A DNA stretch of 64,000 nucleotides from an uncultured Nitrospiraceae bacterium. GTDB taxonomy: Bacteria; Nitrospirota; Thermodesulfovibrionia; Thermodesulfovibrionales; Dissulfurispiraceae. Position numbers and translations under genes: made by a program. Below, piece by piece: positions 49,792-59,057 of the stretch. The notes under the pieces were generated by a model. That model had not been told where the DNA came from, did not search any database, and saw only the letters and a list, made by a program, of their open reading frames with translations. The stretch lies in contig CAVPIW010000006.1 of assembly GCA_963705105.1 (NCBI GenBank), positions 256,001 through 320,000 of the forward strand, given 5' to 3'. Within the stretch, counting starts at the first letter, position 1. The number at the start of each line of letters is the position of its first letter.

Positions 49792-51609
49792 GTGTCCGAC
49801 GAGATGGACGAAATCATAGCCGATTTCATCACCGAAGCCGAAGAGATCCTCGATAAGGTCGACCCCCTTTTCGTAGAGCTTGAGACAAGGGGGTATGACA
49901 GGGACATGCTGAACGAGATCTTTCGGGGCATGCATACTCTTAAGGGCGCATCGGGCTTTCTGGGTTTTCAGCAGATGGTGGAGGTCGCCCACCGTGCCGA
50001 AAGCATCCTGAAAAAACTCACAGACGGTGAAACCGCCCTTTCGAAGGGCCTCATGGATGTGATCCTGAAGAGTGTGGATACCCTGAGAATGCTCATTTTC
50101 CATATCAAGCTCAAAGACGGTATTGAAGAGGATCTCTCGGCGATCCTCGGATCTCTTGACGACGCGCTGGACCGTGCGATGAAGGGAGGAGAACCCTCGC
50201 CGGTCGCGGAGACACCGGCTGACGCGGCGTGCATGGCGCCGGCAAAAAAAGATGATGCCGCTTCGAACCGGCAGAACGATGGCCGAAAGAACGTTCCGGA
50301 AAACGGAAGCGCACCTGAAACGGCATCCCGGCCGGTGACCGCGGAAGTCTTATCGGGCCTTGCCCAGGTCACTGCCGGGGATCACCACCGGCAGCCGGGA
50401 AAGGAACGCGGCGTCGTGTCCACTTTGAGGGTCGATGTTTCAAGGATCGACAAGGTCATGGACCTCGCGGGTGAAATCGTGCTCGCCCGCAACAGGCTGC
50501 TCAACCTGTCGCTGCGCCTGGACCACATGCACTCCGGTGATCCCAACGTCGAGAGTCTTATCGAAACAACGGCATTTCTCGACAGGGTGACGTCGGACCT
50601 GCAGCTCGCCGTCATGAAAATGAGAATGCAGCCTCTCCAGAAGGTTTTCGGCAAGTTTCCCAGGATGGTGAGAGACCTTGCGGGAGGCCTCGGAAAAGAG
50701 ATCGATCTGGACATCTCCGGCGAAGACACCGAGGTGGACAAGACTGTCATCGAGAATATCGGCGATCCCCTGGTCCACATCATCCGGAATTCCATCGATC
50801 ATGGCCTCGAGCCTCCCGATGAGAGAGTGCGGAAGGGAAAGCCCCGGAAAGGGACCATCGGCATCAGTGCCTATCAGAAGGGCACCCAGGTCGTCATAGA
50901 GGTAACGGACGACGGTAAGGGTATTGATGTCGAAGCGGTGAAGAGGAAGGCCCTGAAGTGCGGACTCATTTCCGAAGAGGAGTCCGTCAAGATGACCGAT
51001 GAAACGGCCGTTCACCTCATCTTTCTGCCCGGTTTCTCGACGAAGGACGTATCGACGGAACTGAGCGGCCGCGGCGTCGGCATGGATGTCGTGAAGACGA
51101 ACGTGGCAAAGCTCAACGGATATGTGGAAGTCATCACGAAGAGAGATCAGGGCAGCACCTTCCGGATCAGCCTTCCCCTCACGCTTGCAATCATTCAGGC
51201 TATGATGGTGCGTGTCTGGAACCAGCTCTACGCTGTGCCGCAATCGATCATCGAGGAAACCCTCAGAATCGGCAGGGGAGATCTGAAAGACGTCACGGGC
51301 CGGAAGGTGATGCTCATTCGCGGAAGGGTGCTCCCGGTCCTGCGCATGACAGATCTCCTCGGTATGGTCGGGGACGCCGAAGATGTTTCTGATGCATATG
51401 TCCTCGTGGCATCGGTGGGCGACAGGAAATTCTGTGTCACCGTCGATGAGCTCATGGGACAGGAGGAAATCGTCATAAAATCGATAGACGGTATCAATTC
51501 CGAGGAATGCGGCTTGCTGGGAGCGACCATTCACGGCGACGGACGGGTTGTTCTCATTCTCGATATCCTGGCCCTTGTACGGAGATCATACTCTGTGAGC
51601 CACCGGTAA
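49792..51609 (+). CDS. cheA: Chemotaxis histidine kinase CheA
   Basis: HPt IFRGMHTLKG, dimerisation domain, HIIRNSIDHGLE, DDGKGID, SGRGVGMDVV, C-terminal CheW-like domain. Confidence 0.96.
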   Translation: MSDEMDEIIADFITEAEEILDKVDPLFVELETRGYDRDMLNEIFRGMHTLKGASGFLGFQQMVEVAHRAESILKKLTDGETALSKGLMDVILKSVDTLRMLIFHIKLKDGIEEDLSAILGSLDDALDRAMKGGEPSPVAETPADAACMAPAKKDDAASNRQNDGRKNVPENGSAPETASRPVTAEVLSGLAQVTAGDHHRQPGKERGVVSTLRVDVSRIDKVMDLAGEIVLARNRLLNLSLRLDHMHSGDPNVESLIETTAFLDRVTSDLQLAVMKMRMQPLQKVFGKFPRMVRDLAGGLGKEIDLDISGEDTEVDKTVIENIGDPLVHIIRNSIDHGLEPPDERVRKGKPRKGTIGISAYQKGTQVVIEVTDDGKGIDVEAVKRKALKCGLISEEESVKMTDETAVHLIFLPGFSTKDVSTELSGRGVGMDVVKTNVAKLNGYVEVITKRDQGSTFRISLPLTLAIIQAMMVRVWNQLYAVPQSIIEETLRIGRGDLKDVTGRKVMLIRGRVLPVLRMTDLLGMVGDAEDVSDAYVLVASVGDRKFCVTVDELMGQEEIVIKSIDGINSEECGLLGATIHGDGRVVLILDILALVRRSYSVSHR

Positions 51610-51673
51610 CAACGGATACAGCCTCTCTTTCATCCGGGCAGATGAAAGATCAAACGTTTTTCACAGAGGGGGG

Positions 51674-52864
51674 TTGATGCAGTACATCGGGTTCACCATG
51701 GACGGCAGTGAATATGCGATTCCCATTCTCAAGGTGCAGGAGATCATCAATGTCCCTCCTCTGACGAAAATGCCCCAGGCCCCGCCCTATGTCAAGGGGA
51801 TAACGAACCTGAGAGGCAGGGTCATTCCTGTCATGAACCTCAGGAGAATTATCGGATGGGCCGACGGTGTCGGGGCGCCTTCCGGCGGCAAGGTCATTGT
51901 CCTGACATCGGGCCGTATCACTTTCGGCATTCTTGTCGACGGCATCGCGGGAGTCGTAGACGTCGATGACTCCGACATTGAACACCCCGCTGATCTCAAT
52001 GCCGCAGACGCCGTTTCAGGGGTTGCAAAGTTCGGGGACCGCCTTCTCGTCATGCTTGATGTGAGGAAGCTCATACCCATGGAGGACCTGGAACTGTTCG
52101 AAGACGAGGTCTGCTCTGTGACGGAGGCGGGTGACAAGGTTGAACTTGTCAAGAAAGTGGACGGCATGGGGGGAGAGATGTTCGTAAAAGAAATCGTCGA
52201 TGCAAAGGACTTTTTCGAGAGAAAAGGCCTGGACCTCAATGATCCGAGATTTGCGCTTTTCGACGACATGGTGGATTTTATGAATGCCGCCACAAACCGG
52301 GACTATGAAAAGGCCGACAGGGCGATCCAGAATATCTTTACCAAGGGCAGGGGAGACCTGTACAAGGAAGTCGGAAAGGTGACACGAAAGCTCCATGATT
52401 CCATAAAGTGTTTCAAGGAGGCGATCGACCCGAGGCTGAAGGACATAGCGACGACGGACATGCCGAGGGCGGTGGACAGGCTCAACTATGTCATCGAGAA
52501 GACCGAGGAGGCCGCGAACAGGACGCTCGTGCTTGCCGAAAAGTACATCATGAGCATGGATGATTTCTCATCGCATGTCCGGAATCTCGACGGCCCGGAG
52601 GAGTCAGTGGCATTTCTCAAAACATATAAAGGGCAACTCGAAACGGATCTTATGGATGTGATCACGACGCAGTCCTTCCAGGACATCACGGGGCAGTCGA
52701 TCAGGAAGGTCATCAAGGTCGTGGGAGACATCGAGGACGAGCTCGTGAGACTCATCACCACCTTCGGCGTGAAGATGGAGGATCTGTCGGGCGGAAGGGA
52801 AACAGAGGAAGAGAAGGTCTCCCAGTCCGACGTGGACGACCTTCTCAGGGATTTCGGCTTCTGA
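51674..52864 (+). CDS. CheW-CheZ fusion protein
   Basis: N-terminal CheW (YAIPILKVQEII, GITNLRGRVIPV, FGILVD); C-terminal CheZ (LNYVIEKTEEAANRTL, QSFQDITGQ.IRKV, SQSDVDDLLRDFGF). Confidence 0.88.
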   Translation: MMQYIGFTMDGSEYAIPILKVQEIINVPPLTKMPQAPPYVKGITNLRGRVIPVMNLRRIIGWADGVGAPSGGKVIVLTSGRITFGILVDGIAGVVDVDDSDIEHPADLNAADAVSGVAKFGDRLLVMLDVRKLIPMEDLELFEDEVCSVTEAGDKVELVKKVDGMGGEMFVKEIVDAKDFFERKGLDLNDPRFALFDDMVDFMNAATNRDYEKADRAIQNIFTKGRGDLYKEVGKVTRKLHDSIKCFKEAIDPRLKDIATTDMPRAVDRLNYVIEKTEEAANRTLVLAEKYIMSMDDFSSHVRNLDGPEESVAFLKTYKGQLETDLMDVITTQSFQDITGQSIRKVIKVVGDIEDELVRLITTFGVKMEDLSGGRETEEEKVSQSDVDDLLRDFGF

Positions 52865-52939
52865 CAGGCATTTCATCGGCATCCTCATTTTCACCGTTCG
52901 CCCGGTCAGCACCACGGGATAATCCTGCCGGCACATTTA

Positions 52940-52965
52940 CCCCGCCGTTCATGCGACTGCATGGC
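52940..52965. repeat. Decayed MITE-end remnant
   Basis: CCCCGCCGTTCATGCGACTGCATGGC resembles CCCCGCCTTTTCATGCAA..GGT. Confidence 0.35.
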
Positions 52966-52990
52966 CTCCTTGTCGCGTAGCAGGAAGTTA

Positions 52991-53175
52991 ACCTTTCAGT
53001 TGCATGGAAAGGCGGGGCGAAGCACTCTGAAAACAGTGTCCGTGTGAGTGTGAGTGTCAGTGACGGAAAAGATGTCCAATTCCCCCATGTCACGATACAG
53101 GTGTCGCCGCAGTAAGGTTTTCGGCGCATTCACCCCAGCCCCGCCTTTCCCGGGAGTGTATTGCAACGATAAGGT
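52991..53175 (-). mobile_element. MITE-like element copy 5
   Basis: ACCTTTCAGTTGCATGGAAAGGCGGGGCG...GGGAGTGTATTGCAACGATAAGGT; TA on both sides. Confidence 0.85.
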
Positions 53176-53244
53176 TAAAGTTCAGTCCGACAATGACCGA
53201 TATTAAAGAACAGCAATAATATCTGCACACCGGAGGGAATACCC

Positions 53245-54021
53245 ATGTCGTGTATTAGAGAAAATGGCCTGGTGTCGTTTTTCATGATGATGATTGTAAT
53301 CCTGCTGCTCATGGGAAACGTGGCCTATGCCGACGAACTCAGGATCGGCGCCGGGGCCGCTCCGACGGAAAATGTGTTGAAGCCCCTGAAGGAGCCCTTC
53401 GAGAAAGCCACGGGGATAAAGCTGACAATCATCTCGTCGGGACCGAAGATCGCCCTGCAGGACCTCGAAAAGGGCGCCGTCGATGCGGCTTCAGCAGGTC
53501 TGACATATGACGACTGGATGAGCCTCATGCAGAAGGAAGGCGCCGAGGTTAAGGACGCCGGGTCGCTGCAGCGGTTCATCATCGGAAAGGACAGCATCGT
53601 TGTCCTCGTGCACAAGGACAACCCCGTCACAAAGCTCTCCAAGGATCAGCTTAAGGGCGTCTTCAACGGCAAGATACAAAACTGGAAAGAGGTAGGAGGC
53701 AGGGATATGCCCATCATCGTCGTCTGGGGCAAACTCATCCCCGGAACGAACAGCCTGTTTCAGAAGCATATCATGGATGGAGAGGCCGTTGTGAAGGACG
53801 TGCTCGATGCGACGACGGCTGAGGACGTGAAACAGAATATCGGCGCCAATCCCGAGGCAGTCGGCATCGGACCGAAAGCAGTCGTGGACGGGTCGGTCAG
53901 GTCACCGGAGACCCCAGAGGTCTCCAGGCCCATCACCCTGCTGACCAAGGGCGATCCCTCGGTGAACGTCCGGAAGCTCCTCGATTTCATCAAGGGAGAG
54001 GGGCAGAAGTATGTCAAGTAA
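53245..54021 (+). CDS. PstS-like (type 2 PBP) periplasmic binding protein
   Basis: Signal peptide (AYA); IGKD.IVVLVHKDNPV.KLS.DQLKG.F.GKI.NWKEVGG.D.PI. Confidence 0.85.
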   Translation: MSCIRENGLVSFFMMMIVILLLMGNVAYADELRIGAGAAPTENVLKPLKEPFEKATGIKLTIISSGPKIALQDLEKGAVDAASAGLTYDDWMSLMQKEGAEVKDAGSLQRFIIGKDSIVVLVHKDNPVTKLSKDQLKGVFNGKIQNWKEVGGRDMPIIVVWGKLIPGTNSLFQKHIMDGEAVVKDVLDATTAEDVKQNIGANPEAVGIGPKAVVDGSVRSPETPEVSRPITLLTKGDPSVNVRKLLDFIKGEGQKYVK

Positions 54022-54132
54022 GAACAGGGGAGAGAAGAACCCGATCAAGCAGTAACATCAGGATGGACTGCTGTTACCCTGAAACCGACGGCGGCAGCAT
54101 GTCGCTTTGATAAGTGAAAGGGAAGGGAAGGC

Positions 54133-56577
54133 ATGACCATTAGAAAGAGGCTGACGCTGAACGTCCTGTTCGTTTCCGTGATCGTGGGGGCTGTCGTCGT
54201 CACGGGCATTCTCGGGATGTGGTTCGTCAGGAGCAAGCTTACCTATCTCACAGAGCAGAGTACGCCTTTCCAGATGAGGACGCTTGATTTCCAGAGGGCA
54301 CTGCAGGGCGCCACGGCAGACCTCGTGAAAGTGGGCGCCGCGGACTCGAAGGAGGGATATGCTCTTTTCCGGAAGGAGGCGGAGCTGTCTCTGGCCGAAG
54401 TTAAAAAAGCTCAGGAGACGCTCCGGAATCTGTCCGGCGAATCGAAGACAAAGGCCTACGAAGAGCTTGAGGGGATCGCCTCGGAGATGTTCGCGGTGAC
54501 ACAGGGAAGGCTCGATGCGGAAGACCAGGCCCAATCGGCCAGCAAGACGATCACGCAACGCCTCAGGGAGGCATCGGCGAAGCTGAAAGATCTCGATTCG
54601 AGAATCAAGCATATCCAGGGCAACCGGACAAAGGCGTTCGGGGCGTCGATGGAGGATACGAAGAATATCACGTCAAAACTCAGGAGCGTCGATACTTTCA
54701 AGGCAATTCTCAAGGATCTCCAGATCGCCGTCATGGAACTCCAGCGTTCGCAGGACAGGAAGACGCTCATCATCGCGCGGGGAAAAATCAATGCGATCAT
54801 GAGCAAAGCGATCCAGAACGATCACGTGAAGGAGTCGAAGAACCTCACTGCCGATATAAAGTCAGTCGGAGAAAAGATCGATGAACTCATCAGGCTGCAG
54901 GGTCAGGCAAACGGGGAATCGAAGAGCCGCATCGAAGCACTTCTGGCAGATGTGAATGAAAAGGTCTCGGCTCTGCTGCTTATGGTCGAACAGGACATCC
55001 TGACGACCGCCGAGAGGTCCGGCACGGAAGCAGGACGTCAGAACTCCATCTTCGGCCAGACGATGGTCGCAAATACCGTTTTATCGAATACCTTCGAAAT
55101 AACGGCGTACGGCATTACCCTGGAGGGTCTCGCGACGAGGCTCTTTACCGTCAATTCTGAGCGCGAACTCGGCTCAATCGAGACGGAGCTCAGGGGGGCC
55201 TTCGAGAGGATTGAAAGCGTCGAAAAGACGCTGCGGAGCGCCCTTGTCAGGCTTGATGCAAAGGAAGAGCAGAAAACGCTTCAGGCTGTCGTTGAGTCGG
55301 TGAACTCGATCAAGGGTACTCTTTTTTCCGGCAGCGGGATCATCGCAAAGGTCCGTCACCGGCTCGCCATGAAAGAGAAATCGCTGATGGCGACGGAGAG
55401 GCTGAGGGATATTGTGCTCAAACAGGCCGAACTGGGCAAAAATACCATCCTGGTCGCCCGGGGCGACCAGGAAAATGCGATCGCTGCCGTGAACAGGGTC
55501 GTCCAGTTCAGCACCCTTCTTATCGCCACCATCGGTGTCGGAGCGCTCGTCTTCGGCATCCTTTTCGGTATATGGGTATACCGCTCCATCGCCGGCCCTC
55601 TCAAACAGCTCATGCAGGTCTCCGAAAAGGTGGCCGACGGCGACCTTACCGGAGCGATCGAAGACCGGTCCGCGAAGGATGAGATCGGGACGGTGCAGGC
55701 GTCGATGTCCTCTATGGTCCGAAATCTCCGGGATATTGTCGACAAGATCAGGTTGTCCACGGGCAGTCTGGCGAGCAGCTCCGAGGAGCTCTCCGCGACG
55801 GCCGTTGCACTGGAAAAGGGCTCACGGGAGCAGGTTCTGCAGATCGAACAGTCCGCGACGGCGATGACGCAGATGTCACAGACCACCATCGACATGGCCC
55901 GCAACGCATTGGACACCGCAAAAGCCGCCCAGGACATGCGGAGTATCGCCGAGGGCGGCAGGGACACAATGGAAACCACGGCGAAGGAACTCACAAAGTT
56001 CAGGGATTCCGTGCAGGAGTCAGCCGGCAGGATTGAAGCGCTCGGGCAGAAGTCCGGTGAGATCCATTCCATCGTGACCCTGATCAAAGACATTGCCGAC
56101 CAGACGAATCTTCTTGCATTGAACGCGGCGATCGAGGCGGCCCGGGCCGGTGAGCAGGGCAGGGGATTCGCCGTCGTTGCGGACAATGTAAGGCAGCTGG
56201 CGGAGCGGTCGTCCCATGCAGCGGGAGAGATCGGTAAAACCGTGCAATCCATACAGGAAGACGTTCAATCATCGGTCCATCTCATGCAGGATGAACGCAG
56301 GTCCATCAACAGGGTCATGGGACATGTTGACAGCAACATGAAGGCGATCGATCACATCGTCTCCTATGTCGGGCAGGTGAGCGATATGGTGCAGCGGATC
56401 GCCGCCGCCATTGAAGAGCAGACAACGGCGTCCCAGGAGGTTTCGGGGGCTATGGAAAACACATCCCTGATCACGCGGGACCTCAACAATGCTGTCGGCG
56501 AGATCAAGAGGTCCGCCGATGAGCTGGCCGTGCTCGCCGCGGAGCTCGACGAAAAGGCGGCATGGTTCAAAGTTTAG
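54133..56577 (+). CDS. Methyl-accepting chemotaxis protein with large helical periplasmic domain
   Basis: Two TM segments, [34 protein letters not shown]. Confidence 0.95.
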   Translation: MTIRKRLTLNVLFVSVIVGAVVVTGILGMWFVRSKLTYLTEQSTPFQMRTLDFQRALQGATADLVKVGAADSKEGYALFRKEAELSLAEVKKAQETLRNLSGESKTKAYEELEGIASEMFAVTQGRLDAEDQAQSASKTITQRLREASAKLKDLDSRIKHIQGNRTKAFGASMEDTKNITSKLRSVDTFKAILKDLQIAVMELQRSQDRKTLIIARGKINAIMSKAIQNDHVKESKNLTADIKSVGEKIDELIRLQGQANGESKSRIEALLADVNEKVSALLLMVEQDILTTAERSGTEAGRQNSIFGQTMVANTVLSNTFEITAYGITLEGLATRLFTVNSERELGSIETELRGAFERIESVEKTLRSALVRLDAKEEQKTLQAVVESVNSIKGTLFSGSGIIAKVRHRLAMKEKSLMATERLRDIVLKQAELGKNTILVARGDQENAIAAVNRVVQFSTLLIATIGVGALVFGILFGIWVYRSIAGPLKQLMQVSEKVADGDLTGAIEDRSAKDEIGTVQASMSSMVRNLRDIVDKIRLSTGSLASSSEELSATAVALEKGSREQVLQIEQSATAMTQMSQTTIDMARNALDTAKAAQDMRSIAEGGRDTMETTAKELTKFRDSVQESAGRIEALGQKSGEIHSIVTLIKDIADQTNLLALNAAIEAARAGEQGRGFAVVADNVRQLAERSSHAAGEIGKTVQSIQEDVQSSVHLMQDERRSINRVMGHVDSNMKAIDHIVSYVGQVSDMVQRIAAAIEEQTTASQEVSGAMENTSLITRDLNNAVGEIKRSADELAVLAAELDEKAAWFKV

Positions 56578-56608
56578 ATTGTCATGGCGCAAGGCGGAGA
56601 TGGTAGTG

Positions 56609-57661
56609 ATGGTCAGGGTTCTTATTGTTGATGATTCCGCTTTCATGCGGAACGCCCTTTCGAGGATGCTCTCGTCAGACTCGGAGATCACCGTCGTCGG
56701 CACAGCGAAAGACGGGCTGGAGGCCATTGAGAAAGTGGTCAGCCTGAAACCCGACGTCGTCACGATGGATGTGGAGATGCCGAGGATGGACGGAGTGACG
56801 GCTCTCAGGCATATCATGGAGCAAAATCCGCTTCCCGTCATCATGGTCAGCTCCCTTACCGATAAGGGTGCAAAAGTGACCCTTGACGCACTCGATCTGG
56901 GGGCCGTGGATTTCATCCCGAAGAACCTTTCCGATCTCTCGATCAACATTGTCAGGATACAGGAGGACCTGCTCGAAAAGATCGGGCACTTCGGAAGGAA
57001 AGGTCTCCCGCTGAGACATAGAAAGCCGGTGCAGGCGCCGGCGTCGGCAGCCACTGAGAGCGTCGCCCGCCCTTGCCACGCCACCGGCGTGAGGAGGGTC
57101 GGCATCGTCACGATCGGGACATCAACGGGGGGGCCCAAGGCCCTTCAGGAGATCATACCGAGGCTTCCGGTAAATTTTCCGGTCCCCGTTGTCGTGGCTC
57201 AGCACATGCCTCCGAATTTCACGAAATACTTTGCGGACCGCCTCAACCAGCTCAGCCGGATCAGGGTGAAGGAGGCCGAAGAAGGTGACAGGCTTGAGCC
57301 GGGCACCGTGATGATAGCCCCCGGCAGGGGTCACATGCGGATCAAAAAGAGAGGTATCGAAGTCACCGTTACGATCTCTGAAGATCCGGGCGAATTCATC
57401 TATCGGCCGTCCGTCGATGCTCTTTTCCTGTCCGCTTCAGAAATTTATTCCGACAGATCCCTCGGGGTGATCCTGACAGGTATGGGGAATGACGGCTTGA
57501 AGGGCTCAACGGCGCTGAAACAGGCGGGCGGGCGGGTTTTTGCGCAGAATGAGGAGACTTGTGTCGTCTATGGCATGCCGAAGGCGGTGATCGAGGGGGG
57601 GCTGGCCGATAAGGTGCTTCCCGTAGAACAGATTGCAGGAGAGATTGTAAATACGGTATAG
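56609..57661 (+). CDS. cheB: Chemotaxis methylesterase CheB
   Basis: REC (VDDSAFMR, MDVEMP) plus GTSTGGP, QHMP, RPSVD, LTGMGNDG, VYGMP. Confidence 0.95.
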   Translation: MVRVLIVDDSAFMRNALSRMLSSDSEITVVGTAKDGLEAIEKVVSLKPDVVTMDVEMPRMDGVTALRHIMEQNPLPVIMVSSLTDKGAKVTLDALDLGAVDFIPKNLSDLSINIVRIQEDLLEKIGHFGRKGLPLRHRKPVQAPASAATESVARPCHATGVRRVGIVTIGTSTGGPKALQEIIPRLPVNFPVPVVVAQHMPPNFTKYFADRLNQLSRIRVKEAEEGDRLEPGTVMIAPGRGHMRIKKRGIEVTVTISEDPGEFIYRPSVDALFLSASEIYSDRSLGVILTGMGNDGLKGSTALKQAGGRVFAQNEETCVVYGMPKAVIEGGLADKVLPVEQIAGEIVNTV

Positions 57662-57735
57662 CCTTTCCGGGTGTGTGTGATGCGCTTGCAAGCCGTTTCG
57701 TTTGAACGTCCGGTTACAGGGGGGAATGAGGACAC

Positions 57736-57951
57736 ATGGAAGACAACAGACTGAAAAAATTCGACATGCAAAATCTTGACATTCCTGCCCTTCCGGCCGT
57801 CGCGTCGAGGGCGCTCCAGATCCTTCAGCGCGACGACGCCACGGTGAACGATATAGAAGATGTGCTCATGACGGATCAGGGTTTTTCGAGGGAGTTGATC
57901 GCCTCCTTTCAGAAAGTTTATGATGAACAAAAGGAATCCCTCCGGGTTTGA
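57736..57951 (+). pseudogene. Internally deleted HDOD-domain gene or HDOD mini-protein
   Basis: IPALPAVASRALQIL..DDATV.DIE.VL.TDQGFS resembles the HDOD N-terminus, but the ORF is only 71 aa. Confidence 0.55.
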
Positions 57952-57988
57952 GGCCCGTCGCAGGGTTTGTTCGCTGCAGGAGGCCGCT

Positions 57989-58183
57989 ATGGCAGATGAT
58001 GAAGGAATCGGTGGACTTTACAGGATCGGGACCGTCCGCTCCATAGGAGCGGCGAAGGTGTTCCCCATACGCCGTCTGAAGAGAAGACCGAAGGCTGTTA
58101 TGTCCGAGGAAAAAGAAAAGGAAAAAGAGAAAAACCTCAAATCCGGGGAAGGCGAGGGCGGAACTGTGGATGTCATGGTATAA
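57989..58183 (+). CDS. Small hypothetical protein (64 aa)
   Basis: SD AGGAGG, ATG 57989; EK-rich, ends GGTVDVMV*. Confidence 0.55.
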   Translation: MADDEGIGGLYRIGTVRSIGAAKVFPIRRLKRRPKAVMSEEKEKEKEKNLKSGEGEGGTVDVMV

Positions 58184-58396
58184 CCTTGCAATTGCACAAA
58201 AAGGCGGGGCGAAGCGCCTCAAAGCCTTGCTGAAGGCGACGATAAGCCTCGTCAGTTTTGTCTTTCAGGATTCTACTCTTTGTGTGATCGATCATTTGTT
58301 TGTTTTATTGTCTTCAGTGAAGGTTAAGGTGTCGCCGCATCAAGGTTTTCGGCGCATACACCCCGCCTTTCCTGATGGCGTATGCAACGATAAGGT
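58183..58396 (-). mobile_element. MITE-like element copy 6
   Basis: ACCTTGCAATTGCACAAAAAGGCGGGGCG...TATGCAACGATAAGGT; ATA on both sides. Confidence 0.85.
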
Positions 58397-58599
58397 ATAA
58401 TTTGCCCGGTCAGGGAAAAATTTGCCGGTTCCACCTGTCATAATCATGTCGTTTATACCCTCCTGAATTTTCGACTTGCCTCCGCCCCTGCAGAATTAGC
58501 AGGGCAAGGCACCTTCGCCATAGCAATAGTGCCGGTGCCGGTTTTTTCCGCGCAGGGAATACAGCCCAGGCTTGCCTCATCGTTCCATATGCCCTCAGG

Positions 58600-58768
58600 A
58601 AAAAACTCACTTTTTCGACCATCGCGTTGAAACTTCGTCTTTCGGACGATTAAGGTGTCGCCGCAGCAAGGTTTTCGGCGCATACGCCCCGCCTTTCCCG
58701 GGAGTGTATTGCAACGATAAGGTATATTTCAGAGTGCTTTGCCCCGCCTTTCCATGCAACAGAAAGGT
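58600..58768. mobile_element. Partial MITE copy 7 (58600-58723) plus inverted solo end (58727-58768)
   Basis: 58600-58723 nearly identical to 45300-45424; 58727-58768 is a near reverse complement of the start of copy 5. Confidence 0.8.
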
Positions 58769-58770
58769 TA

Positions 58771-58916
58771 AGTGCCTGTCCATAAAGTAAGCCTCAGCTG
58801 TCATTCCCGCAACCCCGCACTTGATGCGGGGGCGTCGGGAATCCTTCTGAAAGAACGATTCCAAACAAGCCGGAATGACAAATATACTGCACGTCATGAG
58901 TTTGTGGACAGTCACT
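58771..58916. mobile_element. Second MITE-like element enclosing a GTCATTCC palindromic repeat
   Basis: Outer IR AGTGCCTGTCCATAAA / TTTGTGGACAGTCACT (14/16); inner TGTCATTCC...GGAATGACA (58799-58880). Confidence 0.6.
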
Positions 58917-59002
58917 ATTTAGATTCTCAAGAAGTCGTCTGCTCACGCCTCCCCTGACGGAGTGCCCTCTTTTTTCTGCCGACAGGGGATACCGACCAAC
59001 TG

Positions 59003-59018
59003 TGGCATGACAATTGAT
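59003..59018 (+). promoter_or_regulatory. Putative sigma54 promoter of the flgF operon
   Basis: TGGCATG-ACAA-TTGAT (one mismatch at -12), 40 bp before flgF. Confidence 0.5.
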
Positions 59019-59057
59019 AGACGTTGAGTGATCTTTTTGGAAAAGAGAGGACCGTGA

